A DNA stretch of 64,000 nt from Vicugna vicugna (Eukaryota). Shown in pieces: positions 1-12,239 of the stretch. The notes under the pieces were generated by a model, which saw nothing but the letters and a program-made list of their open reading frames with translations, did not search any database and was not told the origin of the DNA. A program made the position numbers and the translations under genes. Location: assembly GCA_013265495.1 (NCBI GenBank), contig MU058636.1:9688176-9752175 (forward strand). The letters are read 5' to 3'. Within the stretch, counting starts at the first letter, position 1. Every line of letters begins with the position of its first letter.

Positions 1-774
1 TAATGTATTTAATATAAGTTATACCTTACTCTGATTTTAAACTTCTTATGAGCAGGATTAGCCTTGTTTCTATGTATTCCTTATGTAGTGTAAGTATACA
101 CTGTGTTCAGATTGAGTATAGATTTTAGAGTTTGAGGTGTGAGTAATGAATGCCTTATATACCTCCAAAAATCCTACTGCATTTTAGTAAAGAACTAAAA
201 GTGCCATATCTAAAATCAGTCATTTAACTCGTTGCAAAATGGGTATCAAATGTATATTGAATTTAACAAATTTTTAAAATATTATTTTTCAGCTGTTTCA
301 TTTATGGAAAATAATTTTTGCATCATTTTGATGCATTTATTGTTAAGCTCAATTAACTATATGAATGATCACCAATCAATGATAGATCAAAAAATTATGT
401 CAAAGCCTCATCTAGCTAAGTAGATTTCCAAACCAGTCTCTACCATCCTCCCTTCAACGAGAGGAGGTAGTGCTGAGCCAGTAGCATTACTCCACTCCGC
501 TCAGGGAACTTACTCAGTGTGTCTTCCTTCTACCCACTCTTGTTCTGGAAGTTTTAGCAATTTTTGGAAAATGTCAGGTTGCTCCAACACACCAGGAGTT
601 TGAGATCCCATCAGAACAGGGTGCTGATGGTGGTCCAAGATCATAAGTGGATATCCTCTTCACTCCTTCCAACTAGTTTCGTTCTTTTCTAGACCACAGA
701 TACACATATTTTCACAGATACTCTCACAAATGTATTACTTTGGTCATGGATGTTCTGAAAAAAGTGATTGTTTC

Positions 775-1400
775 TAGCTCTGAGGATCAGCAAAGACTTC
801 ATGGATGAGAGTACATTTTTACTGAGAATTAAGGGCATTTAAAGGTGGGTGACAGACATTCTAGGCAAATGAAAGTATGTGAGTGAGCAAAGGACTTGGG
901 GGTCAGCAAGAGCAGGGCAGAGAGAACTGGCGGGAGCAGAACGCGAGTAGTGCTACAGAAGGGTTTGTAAAGGGTTTGAGTGATACGGTGAGGAATTTTG
1001 ACCTTGAAACCTTGAAACCAGAAGAAGCCACTGAAGCTCCTTGAAGAAAGGCCTCAGGTAAGCAGAGACATGGTAAAACATGTGCTTGTTCAAGATGAAC
1101 AGTGGTGCTTATGATACACTGAATGTGGAAGAGACTGGATGGGGATTTTTCTTCTTTCCTCCAGGCAAAGTTCATTAGGTCTGAATTGAGGTAATGAGCC
1201 AAGGCTACACTATTGACAAAAACAGGAAGCATAACAAGAAAAGTACGTTTGGGAGTAAAGCTTGAAAGACATGTTTTTAATTTAGTTATTGTGAAAATCA
1301 GAAAAAAGTAGTGTGTTTTCATCACCAGGTATGGTGATACAGAAATAGCTGAGGATGACAAGAAGTAAATGTGGAAACAGCAAGAGTTCACGCAGATTTA
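775..1400 (-). mobile_element. Degenerate L2 LINE fragment (COG6 intron)
   Basis: GA-rich sequence with L2-antisense-like motifs (gacattctaggcaaatgaaa, aggaattttgaccttg, gaagccactgaag). Boundaries approximate. Confidence 0.55.
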
Positions 1401-2037
1401 ATGAACCAATGCTATTTTTCTGAACATTTGCTTCAGTTTATTTAAAACTATTTCTGTTATTTTGTGTGCTTACGTAAAAATGCGTATTTGGGAAAATGCT
1501 GTGATTTGCTGTAGGCAGGTGTCACATTTTTGTGAGAGATGAGACATCTAGATGTGGTTTCTAGTGTAGAAGCAGTAGGTGAAAGGGCAGTATATTTATT
1601 ATAAGTTATTCTGAGATTTGAAATGTTGATAAATGTGGCTAATTGTAAGCCTGTTTCTTTAAGGTTTTTGTGTTATCAGTCGCATTTGCGAAATCAATGC
1701 ATTGATGGTGAGTCACGGTTTCTGTTTCTTGTCTAGTAATCCACTACGTATCAGGCACTGTTCTATCCCTAAAGGTAAAGCAGTGAGCAAAACACAGTTC
1801 CTGCCTTCCTACAGCCTACAAACTAATAGGGAGGATTTAATAAACAGGATTTTAAAAAAAGCAAACAAAACCTTTTTTTCCCAAAGCCAAAATAACTAAC
1901 TTGTGCACGGTGATTTTTAATGACATATACGTGATAATGATGACAGTGAAATGCGTTGGTTCAGGTGTGAAGCGTTCTCACAGTTCGTAGCATCTCACTT
2001 TAGATTGTGTGTTCACATGTTGTTTGTTTATCAACAG

Positions 2038-2185
2038 AGAGCAGATCACAAAGCGGTCTACCGAGCTCGTCTGCAGGGCCTACGGTGACGTGTACGCGGC
2101 CGTAGTGAACCCGGCCAGCGGTTACAGGGATCCAGAGAGCATTCTGCACCGATCACCGCAGCAAGTGCAGGCACTTCTCTCCTGA
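2038..2185 (+). CDS. COG6: Terminal coding exon of conserved oligomeric Golgi complex subunit 6 (partial CDS; upstream exons lie outside the window)
   Basis: A T-rich tract and acceptor AG (2036-2037) are followed by a 1-nt phase carry-over. From 2039 the exon reads [48 protein letters not shown] then TGA (2183-2185). This matches the COG6 C-terminus as I recall it (...[19 protein letters not shown]...[14 protein letters not shown]). It is absent from the ORF track because it is short and has no start codon. Confidence 0.95.
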
Positions 2186-3580
2186 TTCTTTTCTTTGACT
2201 GTGGTAGCAAAATACCACATTCCTAAAACACTGAAGGTTTTCTTGCTTTTTAGTCTGTTAATCTTTACTTTTGAAATTTTCTTTGTGACAGAAGAATGTA
2301 GGTGCCAATAATTGCTTTGCTTTGGTCACGATAACATGAAATACATAACAGGTGTTGATCTGAGTCAGCCTTGCTCAGTATCTGCGCTCCACGTGGAGAT
2401 GCTCTGCTCTCTACAAACGGTCTCTTCAGCTCTGCAGGTTCCCCTCAATTCTGGAATATAAATATATGGAAAAACAGTAGCATCAGATTTTTTTTTTACA
2501 AGATTAGCTCCAAATTAACTGTACATTAAAAAATTATCTAAACTTAAAAATTAGTTTGAGGATATGACCTAATAAATGTCTCTATACCTAAAGATTTATT
2601 TGCTTTTTTGTTAGTTATTGTAAGTAGGTATACTTAAAATGAGGAGCAGAAATACACATTCAGTAAAAATAGGAAAAGAGAGACGTAATGTAGAGGTGGA
2701 TTCTACTCTATGGCATGAACTGAATTCACAGTCAGGTTCAACACTTCAGATGGGGGTTAGATGTGTAGGCATCCTGTGCTGCATGGAAGTCTAGTGTTTA
2801 AAGAAAGGTATGTGTTATACAACGTGGACTCCAAATGCACCATTTACAAAATGGTGTTCCGACCAAGAAATAATGATCTGCTTCAACAGTGGAGGAAAAA
2901 TGCCAGAGTAGCAATTGCTCATTGATGGTACGTCTAGCCCTGTGGTGGCCCCTTGCAAAGAATTATTTGGCTCTGACTTTAGAACTTTACCAAGCGTAAG
3001 ATTCAAAGTCATTGTTTTTTTTAAAAAAAATCTAAATGTGTTTGATGTGACTTGACGTTTGTTGGTGAGATTTTAAGGACAGTTGCTGTTAGCGAAATAT
3101 TCTCTGGTAAATCTATAAAAAGAGGTTAAGTCCCTTAATTATAAATGAGAAAAATGAAGCATAAGGAAAAATGATTAGGTTAAAATATTTTGGAAAGTAG
3201 TAAGACAAAATTAATGTTTATATAGCATATACAGAATACGTAACAGATTAGTTTTTACAGAACGTGGCCTATTCATCTATCTGAAATTTATAATTGTTTA
3301 TATTAATATGATTTTTTGGAGCAAGAGCAACTGATTATATATATCATCTCTTTTGGAATTAATCTGTATTTTAAGTCTTTTTCCTTCAGTGAATATGTGT
3401 GATATATAACAGATAGAAAATAAAGTATGATATAAATAAATAGCTTAAATTTTATACAATTTATATCTGTTATGAAGATTGCTTATCTTTAGTGAATTCC
3501 TTTGCTTTCTAGGGAAGAAGTATATTTAGCTTTTTACCTAGTTTTTTCTAATAAAATATTAAATTGTCTTGAGAACAGTG
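2186..3580 (+). other. COG6: COG6 3' UTR (3' end approximate)
   Basis: AT-rich, repeat-poor sequence after the stop codon, ending in clustered poly(A) hexamers. Confidence 0.65.
3419..3563 (+). terminator. Candidate COG6 polyadenylation signals
   Basis: AATAAA at 3419-3424, 3435-3440 and 3550-3555 and ATTAAA at 3558-3563. GT/T-rich sequence follows at about 3578-3620, as expected for a downstream element. Confidence 0.6.
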
Positions 3581-4069
3581 ATTGTTGTAGTATTTTTATA
3601 CCTGTCATCAATGTGTTTTTAGAAAATATGCTAATAGAAAAGAAAGTATAGTATAGGGCCAAATTGAGATAACCAGTGGAAGATTGATGAGCAGAATGTG
3701 GTATCGGTATGATCTTGAGAACTAAATTAAAAGATTGTAAGTGTTAGTTCATTAGGAGAACACTATATTTGCTATGTATGTCATTGTTTGCATTTTGAAC
3801 TACTTTGTGTTTTGAGGTGGCATAAGTAACTGTAAATAATGCACATCAGCCTTTCCTTCGGAGGAAAAAGATACTTGCCTGTCCAGAATCTTCTCTGGTT
3901 GAACTTTTCCATTTCTTTCTCTGTGCTTGTACTTGAACAGGTGAATGTTACCTGAGAAAAATCATGCAAATGGACTGATTGACTTTTTAAATTCATGATC
4001 ACAGTCTTCAGGTGGCACTCAATATTGCCTTGGAATTCTTCTCTCTCTGGTAAACTTACGTCCTTGCTT

Positions 4070-4810
4070 TTCAAGATGATCTTTCCATCCCCACCCTTAG
4101 TTAATGACCTTCACAATTCACTGAGAAAACAGAAGCTGTTCAGATAATCTCCCTCATTTTTCTACCTTCCTATTATTGCACTCACCTTCTCCGTCTGTCC
4201 TCCGTTGTATTGGAGACACTGTTCCCATCCTCTGTACTCTGGCTCCTGTCTCTCACCGTCAGAGACTTGTCTCTCTGAGTTAAACCTTTATGTTGCTCCA
4301 GCAGCTTGTGACCTCTCTGTAGGATTACTCTCAACAGCATAACACAAATCCTCTAGTGTCTATATTCTTCTTAAAAACTTTCCACCTTCCAGATCTTAAC
4401 ACCTTTATTTCTCTGCTGTTTTGTATGGTCGTTTACACATGCCGTCTTCTATTTCTGCTGCCGTTATGTCTTTAAATAAGCCCCATTTGGGTTCAGCATC
4501 ACCACGACTACCCTGATGAGATCTCCATAGCACTGTGTGTTGTCAAACCCAATGAATACTTCTCATCCCTTATTTTATTAAACTCTCAATAGCAATCCAC
4601 ACACTTCTGTTGGAAATACTGTATTTCCCAGGCTTCTCTGGGGCAACTTTTTACTAGTTTTCCTTCCACTTCACTGGCCAAACCCCTCTCAATCTCCCTC
4701 CCTGTTTTTTTGTTTTTGTTTTTGTTTTTGTTTTGCCTCTGTAACTTTTAAAAGTTGGCATACTCTAGGACTTGGTCCTCAATTTTTTTTTCCTCCCCTT
4801 AGGCGTTTTT
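4070..4810 (+). mobile_element. L2 LINE fragment (RT region)
   Basis: CT-rich sequence with tgtcaaacccaatgaatacttctcatcccttattttattaaactctcaatagca and tttccttccacttcactggcca, typical of the L2 sense strand. Confidence 0.65.
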
Positions 4811-7800
4811 TATTATCTCAGCATAGCCTAACCTTTTCTGATTGCTCTTAGCTTAAATGTCTTTAGATATATCTATATAGTGGAATACTCTATGGTAGTG
4901 AAAAATGAAATGATTTCCAATACATGTTTAAAAAAAAAAAGGAGAAGAAAATCACAGAATAATATAGTATGAGTCCAATAAAGGGTAAAACAAAATTATA
5001 CATTATTCATGGGTACACATGTGGTGAAGCTGTAAGGAAATACAGGAAATGATTAGCATAGAATTCAGGATTATCTCACAGGAGTTTTAGAACTTACTAG
5101 TGATCTGTTTTTACTCTAGATTGTTGGTATTTGAGGATTCACTTGCTTATTCTCTAAAATTTATGTACATGTTACATGAACTCTTGTCTTCATAGCTCAC
5201 AATTTTTAAAAATTAAGAATTTTGTTTAACACAGACCTGAGGTAAAGTTAGAACTAAATAAATGTTAGCTAATGTTTTACATTACGCTTGTTTATTAAAC
5301 ACATTTATTAAGCACCATCTGGGGGCAGGCTCTGTGATAAGCACCAGGGTTTTAAAAGCTCACTGAGATGTGCTTTGTCGTTGAATTCCTTGTTCTGCAC
5401 AGAGATAATCACGCGTATTTTAAGTAAATACAATGTAGTTTGATAGGGTGCTTGTGCTTTTAGAGGAAAAAATCAACTAACATCATTCTTTATGACAGCC
5501 ACATGTATGTACTTGAGGTTGAAGAGGCTGAGACACAGAAAAAAAGTTTTAAAACAACCATACATTTTTCATTCTTTGATGATCATAATGACTGGGTTAA
5601 ATTAATTAGCTATTTGACTAAGATGCAAAACTGTGTTATAGGATGGGGACATCAACAAAAATGTTGGGTTAAAGAATTCCAAAATTCTGCTTTTCCCTAA
5701 AAGAAACAATCAAATGCCTCCAAAAACTGTCAAAATCAACTGTTTCCGAACTCTCGAAACTAAAAGCTCACTGTGGTCTGATTATGCATATTAAAAAAAA
5801 AAACAGGCTGAGTCTTGGTGAGAACAGCATGCTTTGTGCTACTTTAACTTAAGCTAGTCTATACTTTGCTCCCAAATGCAGCGGTAGCCTTGTAAATAAC
5901 GCCCACATTGCTGGTACTGGAGAAAGCAGACGGGCCGATTTTGTGAAGATTTCCCTTATTTGACCTGTTTCATGTCTTCTTGGAAGACCCATTTGAAAAC
6001 CTTATTTTTATTTTGCATAACTTGGAACTTGCCCAGTACCGAAGCCACTACCCAGGGGGAGGGGCCGGTCAGGGGGAGGCCATTTCCTTGCTGCCTGGAT
6101 TTGGGACCAATGATAGACTAAGGTAAAAGCTTGGGAAGAAGGGTTAGAAATGAGGTTCTTATAAGGGTTTTGAAAAACTCTGACATGTTCTTGGCGATCT
6201 AGAAGGCTAAGCACATGCCTGGGACTGTGCATGCTTAGGAAAGACCAGAAAGACCCTAAGTGCTCACGTCTGGCTGACCTTGAGTCTTTGTGCAAGCAGG
6301 AAGTAAAGGCTGAAGGAAAGTTAGAAGCTGCCTCGCTGGAGGTTGAAGGCATGGCCTGACACTCACACAGAAAATCTCAGCAAAGGGGAGATTTTGGTTC
6401 CAGGCATTTAAGGAAACCTCTGTCCAAGCATTAGCTGACAACTAAGCTAATGGACCACTTTAACTGGTCACACACAACAAAGTATAAATTTTACAGAATT
6501 AGTTTAGAGAAGTTACTGAAACAGTCACAATAAAAATCACAGAAAGCACCAACAGCAAACTGTGGGATGGGGTGAGAAAATCTGACTTCCCAGCACATCA
6601 GAATGGGCACATAATACTAAAAATGTCCACTTTTTAAGAAAAAATTGGCAAGTTCCTCAAAGTATGGACAATACATAGAAGGAAAAAAAAAAGCAGTCAG
6701 TAGAAGCTGTCCCTGAGGAAGCCCAGGTGTTGGACTTCCTAGACAGGTTTTAAAACAGCTCTTCTAAATATGTTCAAGGACTGAAATTATGAGAACATTA
6801 TCTCACCAAATAGAGAACATCACTAAAGCAGAAATTTCAAAAATGTTTATAAAGTTATAATCACAAAAATTACTAAGTTATTTTATAAAAATTGTATAAA
6901 GTTTTCTGGAGTTGCAAAGTATAATAACTGAAACTTAAAGTTCTGTAGGAGTTCAGCAGCAGGTTCAAGCAGGCAGGAAAAGGAATCAGCAAATTTGAAG
7001 ACAGGTCAATTGAGATTATCCAGTTTGAAGAACAGAAAGAAAAAGAATGAAAGAAAATAAACAGAACCTCAGAGACCTTTGGGGTATTATCAACAATCAC
7101 ACAAGTCTCGGAATAGAGAGGGAGAAAGAGGCCAAAAGAATATTTAAAGATACTTTACAAATTTGATGGAAAATTTCATATACACACTCAAGAAATTCAT
7201 TAAGCTCTATGTTGGATAAACTCAGAGATACACACTGAGACACATCACAATCAAAAGCCAAAGACTAAGCGAACCTTGAAAGCAACAAGAGAGAGAACTC
7301 GTTATTTGTTAAGTATTCCTCAGTGAGAATAACTTAACCTGTTTTCTCGTCAAGCTGTAGAGGCCAGAAAGCACTGGATGACATTCTAAACAATGGAAGA
7401 ATGACTGTTAAGTTAGAATTCTATATCCAGCAAAACTGCCTGTGAAAATACAGGAGAAAGTAAGACATTCTCAGGTAACAACCATCACACCTGTCACAAA
7501 TGAATGTTTTAGGAAGGATGCTTAAGGAATGTTTAAGTTGTTGAGGCTGAAATGAAAGGATAGTTGACAGTAACACATATTAGCAAAGAAATAAAGAATA
7601 GCAAGGAAATCAAAGACTTGGGCAACACTGGAAACCGGGAGACCTAACAGACATCTACAGAACATTCCATCCAACAAGGGTCCAAGAGTCCTCTCAAGGG
7701 TGTGTGTGTGCCAAATTCTCCAAGGCAGAGCACATATTAGGCCACAGTACAAGTCTCAGTAAATTTAAAAAAGATTAAAATGTATCCTCCAACCACAATG

Positions 7801-8152
7801 ACATGAAGTTAGAAATCAGTAACAAGAAAATTTTGAAAATGAATAAATATGTGGAAATTAAACAATATACTCTTAAATAACCAGTGGGTCTAAGAAGAAA
7901 TAAAATGGAGATTAGAGGAAAAACTTGAGATATAAAAGTTTGGTGTGAAACAGCATACCAGTTCTTATGGGTTGCTGCAAAAACAATGCTTAGAGGGAAG
8001 TTTATAGTCTACATTAAAGAAGAAATAAATTAATAACCTAACTTTACACCTTAAAAATCTAGAAAAAAAAAGCATACAAAACTGAAAGCAAGAAGAAGGA
8101 AACAGTGAAGATTATAGCAGACATGGAGAAAATGCAGAACAGAAATACAAAT

Positions 8153-8995
8153 GTTATTTCAGGAAATGAATGTGTTAGCCATTCTGTAATGCAGGTAGAG
8201 ATGTGTTTGAGTACATGTGAAAAAGATGTTTTAAAAATTGTATCTTACCTTTTCACGAAGATGGCGCTGAAAGCAAAGAAGGAAGCCACCGCCCCTCCCA
8301 AAGCCAAAGCCAAAGCAAAGGCTTTGAAGGCCAAGAAAGCAGTGCTGAAAGGCGTCCACAGCCACAAGAAAAAGAAGATCCGGACGTCACCCACGTTCCG
8401 ATGGCCCAAAACGCTGCGGCTCAGAAGCAGCCCAAATATCCTCGGAAGAGCGCCCCTAGGAGAGACAAGCTTGACCGCTATGCCATCATCACGTTCCGCC
8501 TGACCACCAAGTCAGCCATGAAGAAGACAGAAGACAACAACACACTTGTGTTCGCTGTGGATGTCAAGGCCAAGAAGCATCAGATCAAACAGGCTGTGAA
8601 GAAGCTCTGTGACATTGATGTGGCTAAAGTCAACACCCTGATCAGGCCTGATGGAGAGGAGAAGGCACATGCACGCCTGGCTCCCGACTGTGATGCTTTG
8701 GATGTTGCCAACAAACTTGGAATCATCTAAACTCAGTCCAGCTGGCTAATTCTAAATATAAAAATTTTCACTATAAAAAAAATTGCATCTTACACAGCAT
8801 GTTGAGAGCAGTGTTATTTCTGAGAATGTATGTGCTGACCATCGTGTGATGCATGCAGACAGGTGTTTAAAGACATATATGTACGAATATGTTTATAGGA
8901 GTGCTCCCTGCTTATCATGCTGAGAATAATATTTCAGTCACTGGATGTGCTGACCATTCAGCATCACATGTAGAGAGGTGTTTAAATATGTACAT
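8153..8995. repeat. Degenerate ~115-bp tandem array (about 2.6 units), split by the RPL23A retrocopy
   Basis: Units start at 8153, 8813 and 8928. After removing the 545-bp retrocopy plus one TSD, the spacing is 115/115. The first 58 nt align without gaps (43/58 for A vs B, 41/58 for B vs C by hand count). Confidence 0.8.
8249..8777 (+). pseudogene. RPL23A: RPL23A (uL23) processed pseudogene, full length, one frameshift
   Basis: Intronless. The pyrimidine-tract leader CTTTTCACGAAG precedes ATG 8261. [55 protein letters not shown] shifts frame at about 8427 into [12 protein letters not shown]...[15 protein letters not shown] (8728-8730). The span is 470 nt versus 471 for a 156-aa CDS. Short A tail. 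16-bp TSD aaaaattg(t/c)atcttac at 8233-8248 and 8778-8793, at a TT/AAAA L1 endonuclease site. Confidence 0.97.
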
Positions 8996-11545
8996 AAAAA
9001 TACAAAGTAGGAATATAAGGAATAGAAAGGTTGGTTTTTTGAAAAGGGTATTTAAAATTGACTGACCTTTAGCTGGAGCAAGAAAAAAAAGACTCATATT
9101 GCTGAAATCAGGTATGAAAAGAGGGGACATTACCACTGACCTTACAGAAATAAAGATGCTAACAATACTACAGATAATGTAGTGAAATGGACAAATACCT
9201 AGAAAAACACAAACTATCTAAACTGACTCAAGAAGAAATAGAAAATCTGAATAGGCCTATAGCAAAAAGATTAAGTCAGTAATCAAAAACTTCTCATTTT
9301 TAAAAAGCCCAGGAACAGATGTCTTCACTAGTGAATTCTACCAAGTGTTTAAAGGATTAACACTAATCCTTATCAATTTCTTCCAACAAAAGAAAGAAGA
9401 GGAGGAGGGAGCACGTCCTAACGTTCTAAGAGGCCAGTATTTGTTATTGGTATAATACAGCCAGGAAAAGTAAAACAGCAGACCAGTATCCCTTGTGAAT
9501 ATTGACACAAAATCCTCAATAAAATACTAACAGAAAGAATCTAGCAATATATTAAAGGATTATATGCTACAATTCAGTGGATTTCTTCCAGGAATACAAG
9601 GTCAGTTTAACATGGAAAGCCAATCCATGTACTATACCGTATTAATATAATAAATGAAGAAAAAGAAATACATGATCACCTCAACAGATGCAGGAAAATT
9701 CAACACCCTTTCATGCTAAAATAAAAACACTGAACAAACTGGGAATAGAAGAGAATTTCTTCAAGTGACAAGACATTTATGAAACACACCACTAACAGTA
9801 TGCTTAATGATAAAAAGCTAAAAACTTCTCGTGCTAAGACCATGAACAAGGTAAGAATGTACACTCTTGCCACTTACATTCCACATTGTACCAGAAATTC
9901 TAGCCAGAGCAATTAGGTAAGGAAAAATTAATTAAAGGCACACAGGTTAGAAAGGAAGAAATAAAACTATGTCTATTTGCAGATGATTATGGTCAGATAT
10001 ATATAATACTGAAGAGTGAAAAAAATCTCAAATCGTCAGAACTAATAATACAGCAACATGGCAATATGCAAGATCAGTATGCAAAAGTCTGTTATATTTC
10101 TAAACATTAGCAATAAGCAATCTGAAATTAAAATTTTAAAAATTCCATTTATAGCGGCACCACAAGGAATAAAATACTTAGGGGTAGATTTAAGCAAGGA
10201 AATGAAATATTTTTCCAATGAAAACCACAGAACACTGTGGAAAGAAATTAAAGATGCCCTAAATAAATGGAAAGACATTTGATATTCATGGATTGGAAGA
10301 CTTAATACTGTTAAAATAGCAATATTCCCCCAAATTGATCTACAGCTGCAATGCAACCTCTGTCATAATGTCATTTGCCTTTTTTGTTTTGCAGAAATAG
10401 GCTGATCCAAAAATCCATGTGGACATAGAGGGGACTGAATAGTCAAAGCAATCTTGAATCTTACCAATTTCAAAACTTTTTACAATCCCATGGTAATCAA
10501 AACTGTGATACAGGCATAAAGATAGTTCAGTTACATATAGTTCAATGTAATAAAATTTAGAGTTCATAAATACACTCATACATCCATCGTTAACTGACTT
10601 TTTTACGAGGCTTCTGAGACCATTCAATAAGGAAAGAATAGATTTTTTAGCAAAAGGCACTGGAACAACTAGAAAACCACATGCAAAAGATTGAAGCTGG
10701 ACCTATATTTCATACCATATATAGAAGTTAACTCAGAATTAAAATTTATCAAAATGTAAAAGCTAAAACTAAAACTCCCAGGAGGAAACATCGGTATAAA
10801 TCATTCTGGCCTTGCGTTGAGCAACAAGTTTTTATCTTTTATACAACATGGATTTTTAAATAAAAATACAAGTACAATGCAGGCACATAATCATATTGAA
10901 TGCTTGCAGTAGATCAGTTTATTTTTTCTGATTAGTTAAATATGCCATTAGCAATTATAAATAGGCCTACATATGGTTACTTTGGGGCTCTAGTTGTATT
11001 TAAGCACAACTGTCTTGAAAATACATATTTACTTCTCAGAATGTGCTTTTGGAGGCAATGTAATTATGTATTTTTACAGATCTAAATATAAAATTACTAT
11101 AAATTGGCTTGAGAAATGAATAATCATATTAATAACAGCACGCTAATCTATCAAATGCCTCTAACGTTAATGCCAGTGAATGTTAAAAATAAAAACCTTC
11201 CTAGCACTGATAATTTAATAGGTAAAAAGTAAATGGTGCTAAGCTTATAAAATGAGCTGAATTGGGGAAAGGTTTTGATAGAGTCAAAAATATCCTTATG
11301 AAATATTTGCTTTCTCTGAGGGAATGTATCAGTTTTGACAGTGTTTTGTCACTGTGTCCCAGTGAAACAGTGGAAGTCCAAGCCAACCTAGGGTTTTCAA
11401 ATTTTATAGCTTTGCCACCAGGAAATTAATTTGAGTATTATGTTAGTTCCATTAATGTCAAGATCTGAAATTCCCCTGAAGCAAGCATTAGTTTTTTGCC
11501 TACTGAATGCAAAATGGCAAGAAACAAGAGTGATTTTTCTCGTGC

Positions 11546-11605
11546 AGGCCAGCATGGAGAGTTGGGTCTCTTGCGAGGCCAGCATCGAGAATTGGGTCTC
11601 CTGTG
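11546..11605. repeat. 30-bp tandem duplication
   Basis: aggccagcatggagagttgggtctcttgcg / aggccagcatcgagaattgggtctcctgtg (26/30 identical). Confidence 0.9.
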
Positions 11606-12239
11606 CTGAGATGGCAGGAGCCTTTCTAGGGGTAATCAAGTGTATGAGCCTAGCTTGCAGGATTCCGAGGAGCTGGCTGCTGCTGCTAGCCAGGCCTCCG
11701 GTGCAATATAAAATGGTAATGGGGATTGAACTGAGATAGAAAAATGCACTCGCCTTAGCTGCCAAGTCTTAAAAAGGAAACCAGAGATTTGATTAATATT
11801 CCACAGACTTGCTGTATGTATTTAATAGCAGACCAGGAATCTTTCTTGCTTAAAAACTGTATTAGATCCTTTTCTTAACAAGCATTCAAAAATGAGAAGG
11901 CTGTCATTAAAAATGAAAATAAACAACAAACACAAAAACACCATCTCAAGGTATCCCGCCTTCTTACTGAATCTTTCAAAGAAGAAAATCACTTATCTAC
12001 TGAATAGTAACAGGTTAATGTAATGAATCATACAATAATAAGCCATAATGGAATGTGCAGAAACCAAAAAATGTGAAAATTCACTCAGGATTTACCGAAA
12101 GACTCTCTTTGCAAGTGGTAAATCATTAGCCATGTGTTGCTCTTGGTAACCGCAGGTCTCGGGAGATGGTGCAGAATTAGCATTGCTTCCTACTTCCTGT
12201 GTGTCATGATGGTGGGTTGAGGCTAGAGCCATCTCTGTA

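Larger units (their letters stand above)
5640..10830 (+). mobile_element. Old, decayed L1 (L1MD-like 5' end, ORF1 remnant, ORF2 remnant truncated at 3' end), interrupted at 8152-8997
   Basis: 5' region has aaaactgtcaaaatcaactgtttccgaactctcgaaac. ORF1-like A-rich sequence at 6700-7500. ORF2 remnants include ORF 10058-10282 (KIPFIAAPQGIKYLGVDLSKEMKYFSNENHRTLWKEIKDALNKWKDI), a clear L1 post-RT segment. Many stops and frameshifts. Confidence 0.9.

Noticed and set aside
8105..8503. 132-aa ORF fusing 52 upstream residues to the RPL23A N-terminus (novel chimeric gene?)
   Set aside because: It starts at GTG in L1/array sequence and runs out of frame after the deletion at about 8427. This is a chance open frame upstream of a pseudogene.
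8401..8730. 109-aa ORF with the RPL23A C-terminal domain
   Set aside because: It is the post-frameshift half of the pseudogene. Its ATG comes from a substitution in another frame, and there is no promoter evidence.
8153..8995. 115-bp array as a CRISPR-like or snoRNA cluster
   Set aside because: The context is mammalian and the units are degenerate along their whole length, with no repeat-spacer pattern and no cas genes. I saw no consistent C/D or H/ACA box arrangement.
10058..10282. ORF with reverse-transcriptase-associated sequence
   Set aside because: It is a short surviving frame of dead L1 ORF2.
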